Below are positions 32,501 to 45,100 of a stretch of 64,000 nt of DNA, piece by piece (the first letter of the stretch is position 1; each line of letters begins with the position of its first letter). The notes below the pieces were generated by a model, which made no database searches, was not told where the DNA came from, and saw nothing but the letters and a program-made list of their open reading frames with translations. The position numbers were made by a program, and so were the translations under genes. Source of the stretch: Zygnema circumcarinatum SAG 698-1b (taxonomy: Eukaryota; Plantae; Zygnematophyceae); contig CM074805.1 of assembly GCA_037447605.1 (NCBI GenBank), positions 62,001 to 126,000 on the forward strand, read 5' to 3'.

Positions 32501-34929
32501 TCAGACGATGGGACATACAAGTGACAGAAAATGCATTGACACTAAAGAAACAACAATACCAGAAATCTGGCGAGTGCCCGAACTGAAATGAAGCCATAAA
32601 CTAGTCAACCATCGTAGAATATTTGAACGAGCCCAAATTGTGAGTAACAAAAGAAGGGCACAGGGTTGTGCCCTCACACTGTCAAAGTCTGGAGGAATGT
32701 GCGAAAACTCCTGCGTGTACCATATCTGCTCCATACATGACAATGCGGGCAAAAATCAATGACACCTTTCATTTCGAGAGTTATCCGTTCTGTTTCACTC
32801 AGGCAGAATACACCCGAATATGCAAAACATGCTCGAACCATTACTCAAAAGCATCAGACCAAACATTACACCCTTAATACCCGACGGAGCTGAAAGGCCG
32901 TACGGAGAAAGCTGCAAAAATGCTGAAAGTGGGCGCATGGACGTGCAGGCGTACATCACACACGCGCACGCGCTGCACGTGCATGCATGCCCAATACAGG
33001 GAGGGAGAGAGAGAGAGAGAAGGGGGAGGGGAGAGGGAGGGAGTGCTGGAATCTCATACCACTGTCGCTAGGGCATGAAGGCCAGCAGCCTTAAGCTCAC
33101 GTTGATTTTTCTCTTCAGCTGTTTCCCTTGTCACCGCGACCAGCGAGGGCAGCAGCTTATCTATCTCATACGTGTACGTCGTATCCACCTATTTCCTACG
33201 ACAAGGACGACACGTCACACGTTCATTCTGCGGAACAACTTTCCTCTGAAGCCCAAAAGCTAGTTCATGCAAGAAAGTAAATTCATGTCACCCATTGATG
33301 CTAAGGTTCGCAGCTGCCGTCCTTGAATATAGGCAAAGGGCGCACCTGGTTCACAGTAAATTCCGCAAACATTTGGCATCCAAGGATATGCAGTTGCGGA
33401 TTTCTGTCGTCCAAGAGGTCCTTTATTACGCTCAATGCACTCAGTGCAAACAGCGACCTGTCAAATCAGCAAAGTTACAATTCATCTTGTACGAAAAGAC
33501 GAGAAACAACTACAGACAAGATGCAAAGATCAGGAAAGCGAGAACCGGCTACCATGAAAGAGTCTTCCCTCCTAACCTATCCCCTGATCATGGCTTGCAG
33601 TAAACTGTGGTTGGTTTCTGGAAATAATATCATGACTACATGCTTTACATTCTCCCGGCCAAAACAAACAGTTGTCAGCCGTCGACTATTCTACTTCAAT
33701 CCACAGTCTTCACATCAACGCCTCGGCAAAACGCTTACATGTGGCTCTTGCATGCTGAGAGAAGCTTGCAGTATGCTCGAACACCAGCTTTGAGAGATCC
33801 CAGCTGATGCGTCTGCTTGTCCTTCACGGCACGCTGCTCCAGTTTGTTCACGATCTTTGGAATGCGAACTGGATTCTGTTCCGCGTAGTCGGCAAGCTTG
33901 CCGATCGCACGTTCGTTGATTGCTGCATCCTGGCCACAACATTTTCAATACCCCATTCAGGGAAAAGTTCCCGCACTTATATTCGAATGACCCTGGCCCC
34001 TGCATTGGTTTTTTCTTTCAACCAACATAGAAAAACAAACCCAATGTAGATAAAAGCGAAGATGCAAACTACGAAAACTAGACTTACATATATAATCGTA
34101 CACACCTTATAAACAGCCGTCAACATTAGTTTTAATTTTCTCGCTTTCCAGTAGCACGTACGCTTCATACCTGGCTAATAACTCGATAACTTCTCTGACT
34201 GAATATATTTTCTGTCCAATGACACCATTAACGTGAAAAGGCTACTGTGGCTTATTGGGAAAACAGAAAATTAGTGCAGGCGGCCTATCTTTCCCTCGTT
34301 CAGCAGCGCCATTACATTCCGCAGCAAATACCTCTTGCTTTTGGCCTTCTTCACACTAAAAACGTGCAACATTGTTGCCAAACCTCATATTCTTGCAATG
34401 AGAACACATGTAGGATAAGGACACTGTAGCGCATGTTTGTCACGAAAATGGATCCGCTCTGCATTGCCTGATGCCATAGCATCTACTTTTATGCATCGAC
34501 CAACTCTGGCCAGAAGCAGCCACGAACACATAAGAGGCTATTAAAAAGCCTGCCATAGGACCTAACGTTTCTAAGAATAAGGCCACACAGACGAAAAGAT
34601 ACGCCATACTTTTCCAACAATACTCGCTGCAGCTGCGTCATGCGTCACATTTTTTCCTGAACGGTCCAACTGAGTCATGAAAAGCAGCCTTATTGACGAC
34701 CACGTACCGAACGCAAAGAGGAGATATAGCTATCGCCATTCGAACCATCGGAAATGTTAATGACGTAGAAAATGTATAAGATAAAGGTTACCTGCTTATT
34801 TGGGTAAATGTTGTTGAGAAGCTTATTGTATCGCTTCAACGGCTTTTTGGAGCGTGATCGAAGGCTCGGGCAGGGCAAACAGGCGAGGTTTGCGCACGCG
34901 GGCAGAACCCGGCGAGATATTACCCCCAT
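26547..34929 (-). CDS. EFR3: EFR3-like ARM-repeat protein (plant PI4K scaffold / SRL2 family), multi-exon
   Basis: Exon 1 (34929-34792) MGVISRRVLPACANLACLPCPSLRSRSKKPLKRYNKLL. Exon 2 (33929-33739) IGKLADYAEQNPVRIPKIVNKLEQR. Further exons 33457-33346, 33188-33060, 32725-32678 (EFSHIPPDFD), 32268-32087, then HPELWAHVCI, AFPDNLLFQLLQAMAHPDPATRI, RLTASQASLLLSSLWLQS. Last exon (26684-26547) ends in the plant-family terminus LPPVSPFDNFLKAAGC*. Some exons between 27100 and 29700 were not resolved. Confidence 0.93.
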
Positions 34930-35178
34930 GCTCGCCAACACTCCCTCCCGGTCTCGGTCCCGGGCCTTGCGAGAGGACGGACAAGAGAGGGCCCGCGACC
35001 GCTAGCGAGCGAGCGCGAGAGAGCGAGAGAGCGAGAGAGCGAGAGAGAGCGGGGCCGGGGCAGCAAGGCCGGAACGAACGAACAAGCAGAGCCGCGTACC
35101 GTACCGTACCGTACCGGGCGGGCGGGCGGGCGCTCTTGGCGCCGCGCGACCTGACCCGACCCGACCCGACCCGACTGC

Positions 35179-35266
35179 CATGGCATGCGATGATGGCATG
35201 ATGGCATGGCATGATGCCCGCATGATGCCCGCATGATGCCCATGCCCATGCCATGTCATGCCATGC
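35179..35266. repeat. CATG-rich low-complexity tract between divergent EFR3 and RING genes
   Basis: About a dozen CATG cores (GGCATGAT, GCCCGCATGAT, GCCATG variants), next to (GTACC)n, (CCCGA)n and (GAGAGC)n tracts. Confidence 0.8.
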
Positions 35267-36636
35267 CCCGCACTCCGCAGCCCAGGCCAGCTATTAGCTC
35301 CGGGCCCTCCAACTTGCTCACTCTCCGCCGCAGCCGTCCTCCTCTTCGTCTCCGAGAGCCCTTGGATCGCTGAAGAGAGGAGCAGCTGCCTCGCTCCCTG
35401 CACGCTTCGGCTTGAGGCGGAACAGAGAGAGGAGCACGGAAGGGAGGAGACCTGCATTCGCGTGCAGCACCGAAAGGCTCGGGACTTGAAGAATCTGGCA
35501 GAAGCGCCTTCCGATACATAGGGGACTTCAGAGTTTTTATGGTATTCGCTTTTTGCCCATATTCTTTTTGAGGCCGAGTGGTCAATCGTGTGTTGGTGCC
35601 GAGAGCTAGCAGGGTCCCAGTAAGGCCATCACTTGGCTCTAGCTTTTCCGTTTTCATGTTTTGCGATACGTTGGAAAGAAGCTGTATTTTTAGAATGCGA
35701 TTCACACAATCAAATTATTTACGGCAGCTTTTCAACGAAAGATGAGAAATAGACTTGGGAGAATGAAGCCCGCACTCTGTTGTGAGAAGTAAAGCTTTGG
35801 TCTATATTGATGGTTGTGATATATCCTTAGCTTGTGGTCATGCGTTTCAAGTTGCAGGCAGCTGGCCTTGATTTTCGGCTAAATTGGAGTACTGCTTTGA
35901 AAGTAGATATTGAAATTTCTGAAGCATCACTTTCGCCTCCCAGTAGTGTGAATGTCTTTCCCCTGCATCATTCACCAGCTTGGTGACAGCATGCGTGTCG
36001 ATCATTTTGCGAATGGTTGAATGAAATAATTTAGATGATCAGATTTTGCGATAGACCACATCTTGTTTATTGAATTGGTAATTACGGTTTTTAATTCTCA
36101 AGGTCTCCGCCTTTGTTTTCGACGTTGTCATCACGGAACCACGTGGCAGACGTAGATGGCAAATGGCTAGTTGGTTTTTCCACTCCTTAGCACTTTGTTC
36201 TTTCGGCGCATACTTGACAATAATATTGACAATAATTCTGAAGAAGTCAAAAACACGCACAACAATGAGTAGTCGTCCTTTCAATAATACAAGCCATTTG
36301 CTCCTCCCTTGTTCAAAGGTTCTTGATTGTGTTGCAGCACTGCAAGGCTTCCAACACTTGATGCGTGACTTCACTGGAACTATCACCAGGAGGGGAGGAG
36401 AGGAGGGAGGGGATATCTAGTGTACATCAGACTCATATGCTAGGAGATTCTAGTGTTATTGTCCTTGCGAGTTCACCAGAATATGTACATTTTCAGCACA
36501 CATGGCCAGCTAGTCCTCAAGTGACCTTGGTATTCCACTCATGACTTGTCCATCAATCCATCTCCTTGCACCTTGTCCATTCCTCTTCGTTCATGCTGCC
36601 TTGAACTTGTGAACTTGCAGCTGCGGTTGTCATACA

Positions 36637-39600
36637 ATGCGTGGACGCAGGGGAGGGCCCCACGCCGCAGCGACAATTAGCAGTAGGACAGGCCATCGTT
36701 CCGAATCAAGCGACTGGAACGATGTTCCGCATGCAGGAAATGGCGTCGCAGACAATGACGAGGAGGACGAATCCGTGTGCCCTCTGTGTATCGAGCTATT
36801 GGATGAAACTGAACAACGCTTTCGCCCTTGTCCTTGTGGGTCAGTGCAAACTCCACTTTTTTCTCGTTTTCATGATAACCCTTGCCCAAAACTATAGACT
36901 GCCTCAAAGCAGATGTTGATCCAATTGCAAGTAACCATGCTATTGTCTGCAATTAACACACTCTTGATCATGAGAAATGTAGAATCTATTTTCACAATAC
37001 TTTTCGCTATATAAGCACGCATGTGCGGCCAAACTGTGATTTTTCATTGTTCATAATCGCATGAATGCCTTTCAGTGAACCAAACCTTAGCGGTAAGCAG
37101 TGCTTCTGCAGCACCCCTGTTCTCACGCTTCTTTCTGATAACAGTTTGTAGCCTGGGCTCTTGATTTGGCAGGTATCAAGTCTGTTTGTTTTGTTATGAA
37201 CGAATTAAGTTGGAACTTAATGGGCTTTGCCCCAGTTGTAGAACTCCATATGGAACTCCCCAAACACAGTCCCCACCTCCTGTGGGGCAGAAAAGTCGAC
37301 CTGCTGCTCAACTTGACAAGCTTAGCGCAACGTATCCTCGGCCAAGTAATCAACCTCTACCTGCTACAGCTTCTTCTCCTTCTACAGCCATTTCGGTCTC
37401 GGCGGACTCAGCTGCAACCATGCTTCCTAATGCAGCAGCTGTGCTCTCTTCACCCTCATTTGCACATTCCTCCATTCCAAGCAACCCTTCCAATGCACTT
37501 GCCTCATCCACAATGCCTTCTCTGTGGAGTGCTGCTGGCTCGATGTCTGCCGCAACTCGCACAGGAAACTCAGTTTCCACTTCTTTGGGGAACGGACCGG
37601 CTTCAGCCACGGGCTTTCGACAGTCAGCCTGGCCAAAGGCTTCTGGCGGTACCATGGCCAGCAATTCCACCTCTGCTTTTCGAGCACCGTGGGCCCCGTC
37701 CGCTCCGTTCATTGCAAGCAGCCTGCCTGCATTGGTCTCATCCACCAGTGTTGCTGGAGCTCCGGGAAGGCCTGCTTGGGGTTCTTCAACGCCTGCATGG
37801 AATGCAGCAACTGCCACAACGACAGTGGGAGGGACTTCAGGACACACAGGCTTCAAAAGTCTGCTTGGATCAAGCCCTGGAATCAATAATTCTGAAGTCA
37901 TAGGAAACAGGCCGGGGCCAGTCCTGCCTCCTGTATCTATTGCTCCAGACTCTTGCAACATAGATCCGTATGCAGGTAATGGTATCCTGCAAGAAAGCTT
38001 TGTTTCTGCGGGAACAGCATTCGGGGTGGCGCCAGAATTGCAGAAAGCAACAACAGGAACCTCAGGAAATGGCATTTCCGTTATGAAGTCACCTTGGGCA
38101 GAGAGCAAGGAGCCAGGATTCTCGTCCGGAGCGCAAGTTTTGACGGTCTCAGCTACTGGTTCACGTGCCTCGATGAGTCAAATCGGAAGTAGCGGATCGG
38201 GGAGCACAGCCGCTTTTGGCCAAAGCAGTCCTTGGGGAAGTGTGGAAACGGCCTTCCCGCCCTCTACTGGTCTGCGTGCCGTTGGCCACACAAGCCGGAG
38301 CTCCGGCTGCGCCACGTCGGCTTCACCTGCACTCGGGAGTTGTGTTCAGACTTCAGACAGTCTACTTCCTGCTTGCACTGGGCCTGGAGCTGTTGGAGCT
38401 CGTGCAGACAGGACAGATCAGGAGCCAAATGAGGCTTTTGAAATGGCGGGGGCCAGGAAGCCAGCTTTCTCACTGGCACAATTCAAACTGGGAGCCAATG
38501 GGCTTCACAGATTGCAGCAGCAATTGCAGCAGCTCAGTTTTGCAGAGGGTTGGTCGTCAGAAGAAATGGAAAAAGCAAGCGCAATGGTGGCAGCAGCTCG
38601 TACGGCTCAGGCACAGCGACAGGGAAAGGACGTGCGTGTCAAAGAAACAGTGAATACAGCAGCAAATCTAGGCCTGGGAGGGACTGCATGGAGCAAGGAG
38701 CCGAATTCCAGCCTTTTAAGTGGTGGTGCGGGTGTTTCAGCTGCAACAACGAGCCGGCAGCACCACAATTGGGCAGGCCTGTAAGTGCGATGCAACTGCG
38801 GATTTTTTGGACTGTCAGATTTTGCTTGTTTTTGTTTTGTACAATCCTATTATGATTGTGACTCTATTATTTATCTCTTGTGAATGGTTTGGTTGCACCT
38901 AAGACTGGCAAAGCATAGTGAGACGGGCGATTTCGCAGCTCTGTACCTTAACAGCACCCAACAGACAAGATTGTAACAGCACCTGAAGTTGGGCACGTCT
39001 CACAGGCCACATATAGCATCAATTTAGGTTTGTTGTTCGCAGTTGGCCCTTATGTTATATCCAGTAGTTTCCACTATTTAGGAATGCACTGTCATGAAAC
39101 CGGCAGATGATGAACGTGCTACTTCAATTGCAGGCTTGAGCGGGAACAAGCAGACGGTGTTCGGTTGGTGGACTCTGGAGCAGAGATGTCTGGAGAGATG
39201 GTCTCTGAACGAGCGTGGCAAGCTCCCAGTGTAGGCACTTCTTCTGCAAGTCGTCCCCTTACCCCCGGGTCGTACCCCTCTACCCCAGGCAGCGCGACCT
39301 CCTCCCACGCTGCCACTCCCTTCCTCAGCCGGAGCTCGTCGTTTGGTGCTTCAGCAGCTGCTCTTCCGCCTGCTAGCCATACTGCCAATGGCCTACGGAG
39401 TACCCCTTCTGGTTTAACATCGTTTGTTCCACAGACCTCTGCGCAACCACAAAAGTCTGTGCATTTGGGAGGTACAAGCCAAGGCTCTGCTTGGAACGTA
39501 TCAGGTGTGCGTCCGATGTCACCACAGCCATCACCGCCACTCACACCGGGCAGTACCTCTGGCAGTAGACCTGGCAGTCTGCCTGCTTCCCCTCGTCAGT

Positions 39601-40664
39601 CCTTGCTGCCTCCGTCAGCTCTGGCTGCTGCAATGTCTACAGCTAGAACCACCCCCTTATCTGCATCTGCAGGTGTCTTCATTCCGCACTCACAGACCTG
39701 GATCCTCCCTGGCTCGTCCTCTGCACCGTCCACTTCACTTCTCTCCAATAGCTTGTTTGTCCTCACATCCTCCGTCCCTATGCCTGCCAGTTCTTCCTTT
39801 TCCACATCAGTTTCTAGCAGATTTTCTTCTCGCTCAGAGTCAGGCAGAGATAGTAAACCACCTGTAAACTCCAGCGGAGACCTTCACCGTGGGCCAAATT
39901 TGGGTGGAGCCCTAGGACCCGGCTTCGACATCGGTTTGACCAGTAGCATTTGGGGGCCCCCTGGTATGTCTCTGGCAGAGTCCTCTTCCCATATGTTGTT
40001 GAGCAGTACGGGGGAAGAAAGCAGAGGCTTCATTACCACAACAGGTGGCTCGGCAACGAACAATTTCCAGTTGGCTGTAGGGTCCGATTCTGGAACAAAG
40101 CCTGGTGTGAAGACGAGCTCGGCGAGCCGGCTCTCGGGACCTGCGAGTTACAGGCCGCCTGACTTGGAGGCCAGCCTCCTCAGAAGTGGCTCTGGCGGGA
40201 GCAGACAATGGAACGGCGAGTTTCGAGCATCCGGACCGGGTCCCGTAGGTAACAGTGGGCCGAACATGCCCCGCAGAGCGCCTGCCCCGTACCGCCCCCC
40301 CCTCGGGCCACCCACTTTGTTCGGGCTTTCAGATTCTCTTTTTCCCCTAGAGCGGCCGGCGCATGATGTGGGTCAAATGCACCAGTCGGCACGGACCGGT
40401 GCCGCACCGGGACAGTGGAGGTCACACGGGAGCGGGCTCGGGCAGCTGTCAGCAGGGGCCATGCTCCTGAGGTCGGATGCAGGTCCGTTATCAAGGAAGG
40501 AAAGCGATTTGTGGCAGAACGGCCTGCCGACGAGTGGTGGTGCTGACCAGATGCACTCTGCTGCTCTACTTTGTCGAATTTGCCGGGCCTATAGGACCGC
40601 TTGGCAGGAAGACCTAGACGAGCACACGGAGCTTTGTCAGCACGCAGCCAGCATTGTTGATTAA
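36637..40664 (+). CDS. NOT4-type C4C4 RING protein with long S/A/G/P-rich region and C-terminal C2HC finger, 3 exons, about 1113 aa
   Basis: Exons 36637-36839, 37173-38780, 39134-40664 join in frame. RING CPLC-x13-CPC-x4-CLFC-x11-CPSC spans intron 1. C-terminus CRIC-x12-H-x3-C. No RRM recognisable. Confidence 0.88.
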
Positions 40665-42191
40665 CCGTTCGCCCCGCTTCACACCCNNNNNNNNNNCCCC
40701 CCCCCCCCCCCCCCCCTTCCCATCCAACTCCCACGCAACCCATCTTCTGCCCTCTGTCTGTGGTCTGTGGTCTGTCTTTGGTCTGTGGTGGAGCGCCGGA
40801 TGTGCCTTGGTTGTCTCTGAAATGTGACTCGGCTGCCTTCTGCTCTCGGCTTTTGGAGGCGTGTCCCTGCCGGACCCGTGTCCTCGAGCCGCATTATTTC
40901 TGAACGTCGCTCGGCGGATGAGAACTGGGAGTTGAGGGCCCTCCTCTTAAAGCTTGCAAACTACGGAGTCGTCTTTTCCTGTTAAGCGGAGGAAGGCCTG
41001 GCTGGGACCATAAGTGCGCCTCGCAAGGAGACTGTCGGCAATGTACATGGCGAGCAGAGAGACACGAGCGCAAGGGCGACAGGACACTGCGCCACATTTG
41101 TCTTTTGCACGGCACAGCGAGTCTACAATCGAAATTCCACAATGTCGAGGCAGCGACGATAAAGTGGATTCTTGACTTGGAGTGTCTTGCGTGATAGTCG
41201 GTCATTGGTCGGTCATTGGTTGCTCTACCCGTACTTCAGCAGCCAGAGTCGTTAAAACCAAAAGCATCCTCACCAGAGCAGTTAAAACCAAAAGCATCCT
41301 CACCGAGCAAAAAGCAAAAATGAACATTGGATAGCTCATCCATCGCCCGCAAAAAAATGTCGGATGACTCGCCGTTTGCTTCGGGACGGCCCAGTACCAT
41401 CTTGGGACATTGAGCCTTTGGATCCGGAAAACCCGGGATGCCCTGACTTGACAAACAAAACCTGACAATTTGGAGTTTTAAATTCAGTGTAACATCTACG
41501 TTGGCATCATGGTGCCTAGTTCGCTACATTTTTGGAGTTTTAAATTTAGTGTAACATCTACGTGTATGGCACCGCATGATGCACTTTGCAGGTTCGGTTG
41601 TGGCAACAAAATAAAGTTAACATTGCAAAGTATGGCGAGATAAGAGGCGGAGCCCTTCGTATTTGCAGTAAAAAGAGACAAGAGTCGCAAGGGACATTGG
41701 TTCTGAATATTGTTATTGTCCATGTACATTTGGCCATCGTGAGATCAATGCACCGTCATTTAGCAAGGATTAAGGGAGTTCCAAGAACGCATTCGTTCAT
41801 ATACGGCTCACGGGGGATGTAAACGTGTTTGATGGCCCTACGAAGCCTTGTTAATGTAGAAAGACCTGTTTAGTTGGTGAGCTCCTCGGACGGATGGTGG
41901 CGATATACACGCGTTTCAATAAAAGGCTTGTATTGACAAAGCTTAACAAACGGCGTGTCAACAAACAAACAAAGTTTCGACATTCTCCCCACAGCACTGT
42001 GCTGTCGCTGATCAAAATGAATTCCAATGTCGGGGGTCGACCTGCTTCAAACGAAGTCGTCTGCTTCGCCTTCCAGCGTTGCAAACTGCCTCTGCAATTC
42101 GTTGCAGAAAAGCTTTCTTGCCTGCGTGCCGGTACATAGGACCCACCAACTTGTTGTTGAACGCAGCAGTTGAAGGACTTGCTTCTTGAAC

Positions 42192-45100
42192 TTATTGCAA
42201 ATCATTCGGTAAAGCAATCAACAAACATTGAAGCTAAGGACAATGTGTGCTTAATTTGATAAAGCATAATTAGTAATAACAGATTACATGCCACAAGCAC
42301 GTAGAAATTTCAACATAACACCAAGAGGATCACAGCAACACACCTGTTTCTCGGTTAATCCTATCTTTTGTAGGTCTTCGATCTGCATTCCCGGTAGCCA
42401 GCCCAGCCTTAACTCAATACAGGTCTAATTGGCTCTCATACGACTTGGTGAATGTAACCAGGATTCTTTGCGTAAAGTGAGTCCGCCCCTGAAGGGAGGG
42501 AAGGACGAGGAGGGTGGGGGGGGAGGAGAGAGGGAGAGGGGTGGGAAGAGGAGGGGAAGGGGAGGGGAGGGGAGGGAAGAAGGGAGGTAGGAAGGTAGGG
42601 AAATCAAGCATCGGTGAGAATTCACGACTTACCCCATTAAATGGTGTTGAATATTCCTCCCTCAACGCCAAAATGGACGTGGCTCGTACTTCCCCAATTC
42701 CCTGGTTGTATGTCAGCCATAACCACGAAAGAGGTGGAAAGAGAGAGATAAGCAAAACTGTCACAAGTATGGTTGAGAAAAAATGACAAAGAAAAAATTG
42801 CCTCTTATGTTAAAGAAGAGCTATGGGTAGGGAGTAGTCATACCTTCAACTTCTTTAACTCTTCTCTGCTCATCACAAGTTCAAACAAGAAGAAAGTCAC
42901 AGCGTAAGTACTTGATATTACTTTGCAATGCAAGCATTCCTCAAAACAAGAGACTTTCTCAGATAACGTGCAAGTAAAAAAAGAGAATTCTTACCCGTTT
43001 CCCGTATTCAGCAGGTCTAAATATGCAGTCTCCAAAGGGCGCTGCACCCACAAAAATGCTAACGTATGAGCAACCTCACCAACCACACCAGTGCAAGCTA
43101 AAAGAGTCGTCTCATCTTTGATGATCCTTTGCCCGCTGACTGAGCTCGATTTAATTGAATAGAAGCCAATCTAATCCAATTCCCGTATGCAACCAAGCGA
43201 GAGGAGCTCATATGACGAAGTGGCTTCTCCGCCGGATAGTGTTAAAAGGTTGTAGCCTATCATAAGCACAAAACGCGAAGTGATTAGAAGTCTGTACATA
43301 CCAGTGCTTCCTCCGCTACTTTAGCCAGAGGCGTTCCGCTTGCCACACATATCGAATAGTTGCGCACCCGCTCTCCAGGAGTGGACACAGGCGTGTTGCA
43401 CTGCACCTGAAACTTTACGAGCATCAACATGTGAGTGCGACTCATAGGCTTTAGACACACGTGGATCATGAAGTCAATGGAAAGCATTGGATGACATATT
43501 TCCTCAGAGGTAAAGGGCGATCTCGAACAAATGTCTGGAAAACTTTTTTTGCGAGGGACAAAAGAGCTTACCTTAGACCAATCTTTGTCTCCCTGGGGCT
43601 CTGTTTGATCGAAAGGTGATTTGAATGTGACAACACTACGAGTCTTGATGTCGTTTTTTACGGTGGGAGTGCTGGAATTTAGGACTGCGCGAAGGTCGTG
43701 CTCGAGTGTGTCAAGCTGCGCACTGAGAGAAAGTTGGGAGGAGTTGGCAGGGGTGCGTGCCTCTGCAAAAGCTTCTTCTCTCTCAATCCGTGTCCGACCT
43801 GCCATGCATGGCGATGCAAAAATGAGTTCAAACTTCCAACAATGTCAACAATGTTATTAGATTTGCATTAGTCACTGGCAAATTTTCTCTCTAATCAATT
43901 AAGTCCTATCCAATCCTGGTCGAGGATTCTGCAAAGAGTCGTGTCTTTTTGAATAATAGTTTGTAGACATCGTTGATACATCGCCTTGTTTGCATGCCAT
44001 TCAGTGCCATGTGCAGTTGACAAAAAGTGATGCAATGCTTTGCCATACCTTCATTACTAGTCGCTGTGGCATCGTACGGGTGAAAGATTTCTAGTGACAG
44101 TTCCGAGACTGTGACTGCTGAAGCCCAGGACGACTCTGCTGAATCAAAGAGTGTTCGAACTCCAGCGCCGACTCTTGGTGCGGCAGTGTCCTTTGTTGTA
44201 GCTGTAGCAGGGAACAACAACCCTCGCGACATTTCTTGGGTGTTGATCGGACTGCAAGGGGGCTCCTTCTTCCACAAGTACGCCACTTCAGAGTTGCCCC
44301 GGTAAGCTTCACTGGAACTATTGGTGATGTCACCCAACGAGCGCTGCCAGGCCAATCTGTCCACAGAGCTTGCAATTCCCTTTCTGTCGAAGACTATGTG
44401 GGGTTTGGCTTCTTTTTCAGGTTTGACATCTTCCAAGTTTTTCGAGGGTAACCGGTAGGGTTTGACAACTTTTCCAGGCTTGACATCATCCAAGTTTCTC
44501 GAGGGGAGCCGATCGAAAAGCTGCGCAGTCAATTGCAGACGATCATTGTCAAAATTACTTTAGTCATTTTACCCATAACAACTGACAAATAAACACAAAC
44601 AACTGAATGTTCTATTGCATGTCTCAACTGATGGAATCATGCAGGAAACGTAAAACGAAGAGTCTACCAATGAGTGTACACATATCCCGAACTCAGAAAT
44701 GTATTGTGGCACACCTTTGTTCTGGATGACATGTCTCGTGAACTTCTGCCCAAAGCACTGCTGCCGCACACGCTGTGAGGGAAACAAAAAGCAACTTGAA
44801 GATTATGATGCATGAGCAGACCTGACCTACTCTGCTGTTCCGTTTTAGCATTCTAATTCAACGCTAGCACAATCATCACCGAGGTTCTGTTCTACCTTTC
44901 TAACAAAGGATGGAACTCTTAGAACTGGATCACGCTATAATAGACATTCCTATTTTTACTCCAAACCTCCCCAGTCGAAGGTCATGTATCCATTGGCTAC
45001 TCATCACAGAAGGGGATGCTATCTTTGTCTTGAAGGGCCAACAGGTGCCGAATTTTACCTTTTTTTGGAAGTGGACTTTGCCCGGGCAGGCTGCTCGTTG

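Noticed and set aside
36637-40664. Calling the RING gene NOT4/CNOT4
   Set aside because: No RRM or C3H1 follows the RING, so orthology is unsupported and the symbol is withheld.
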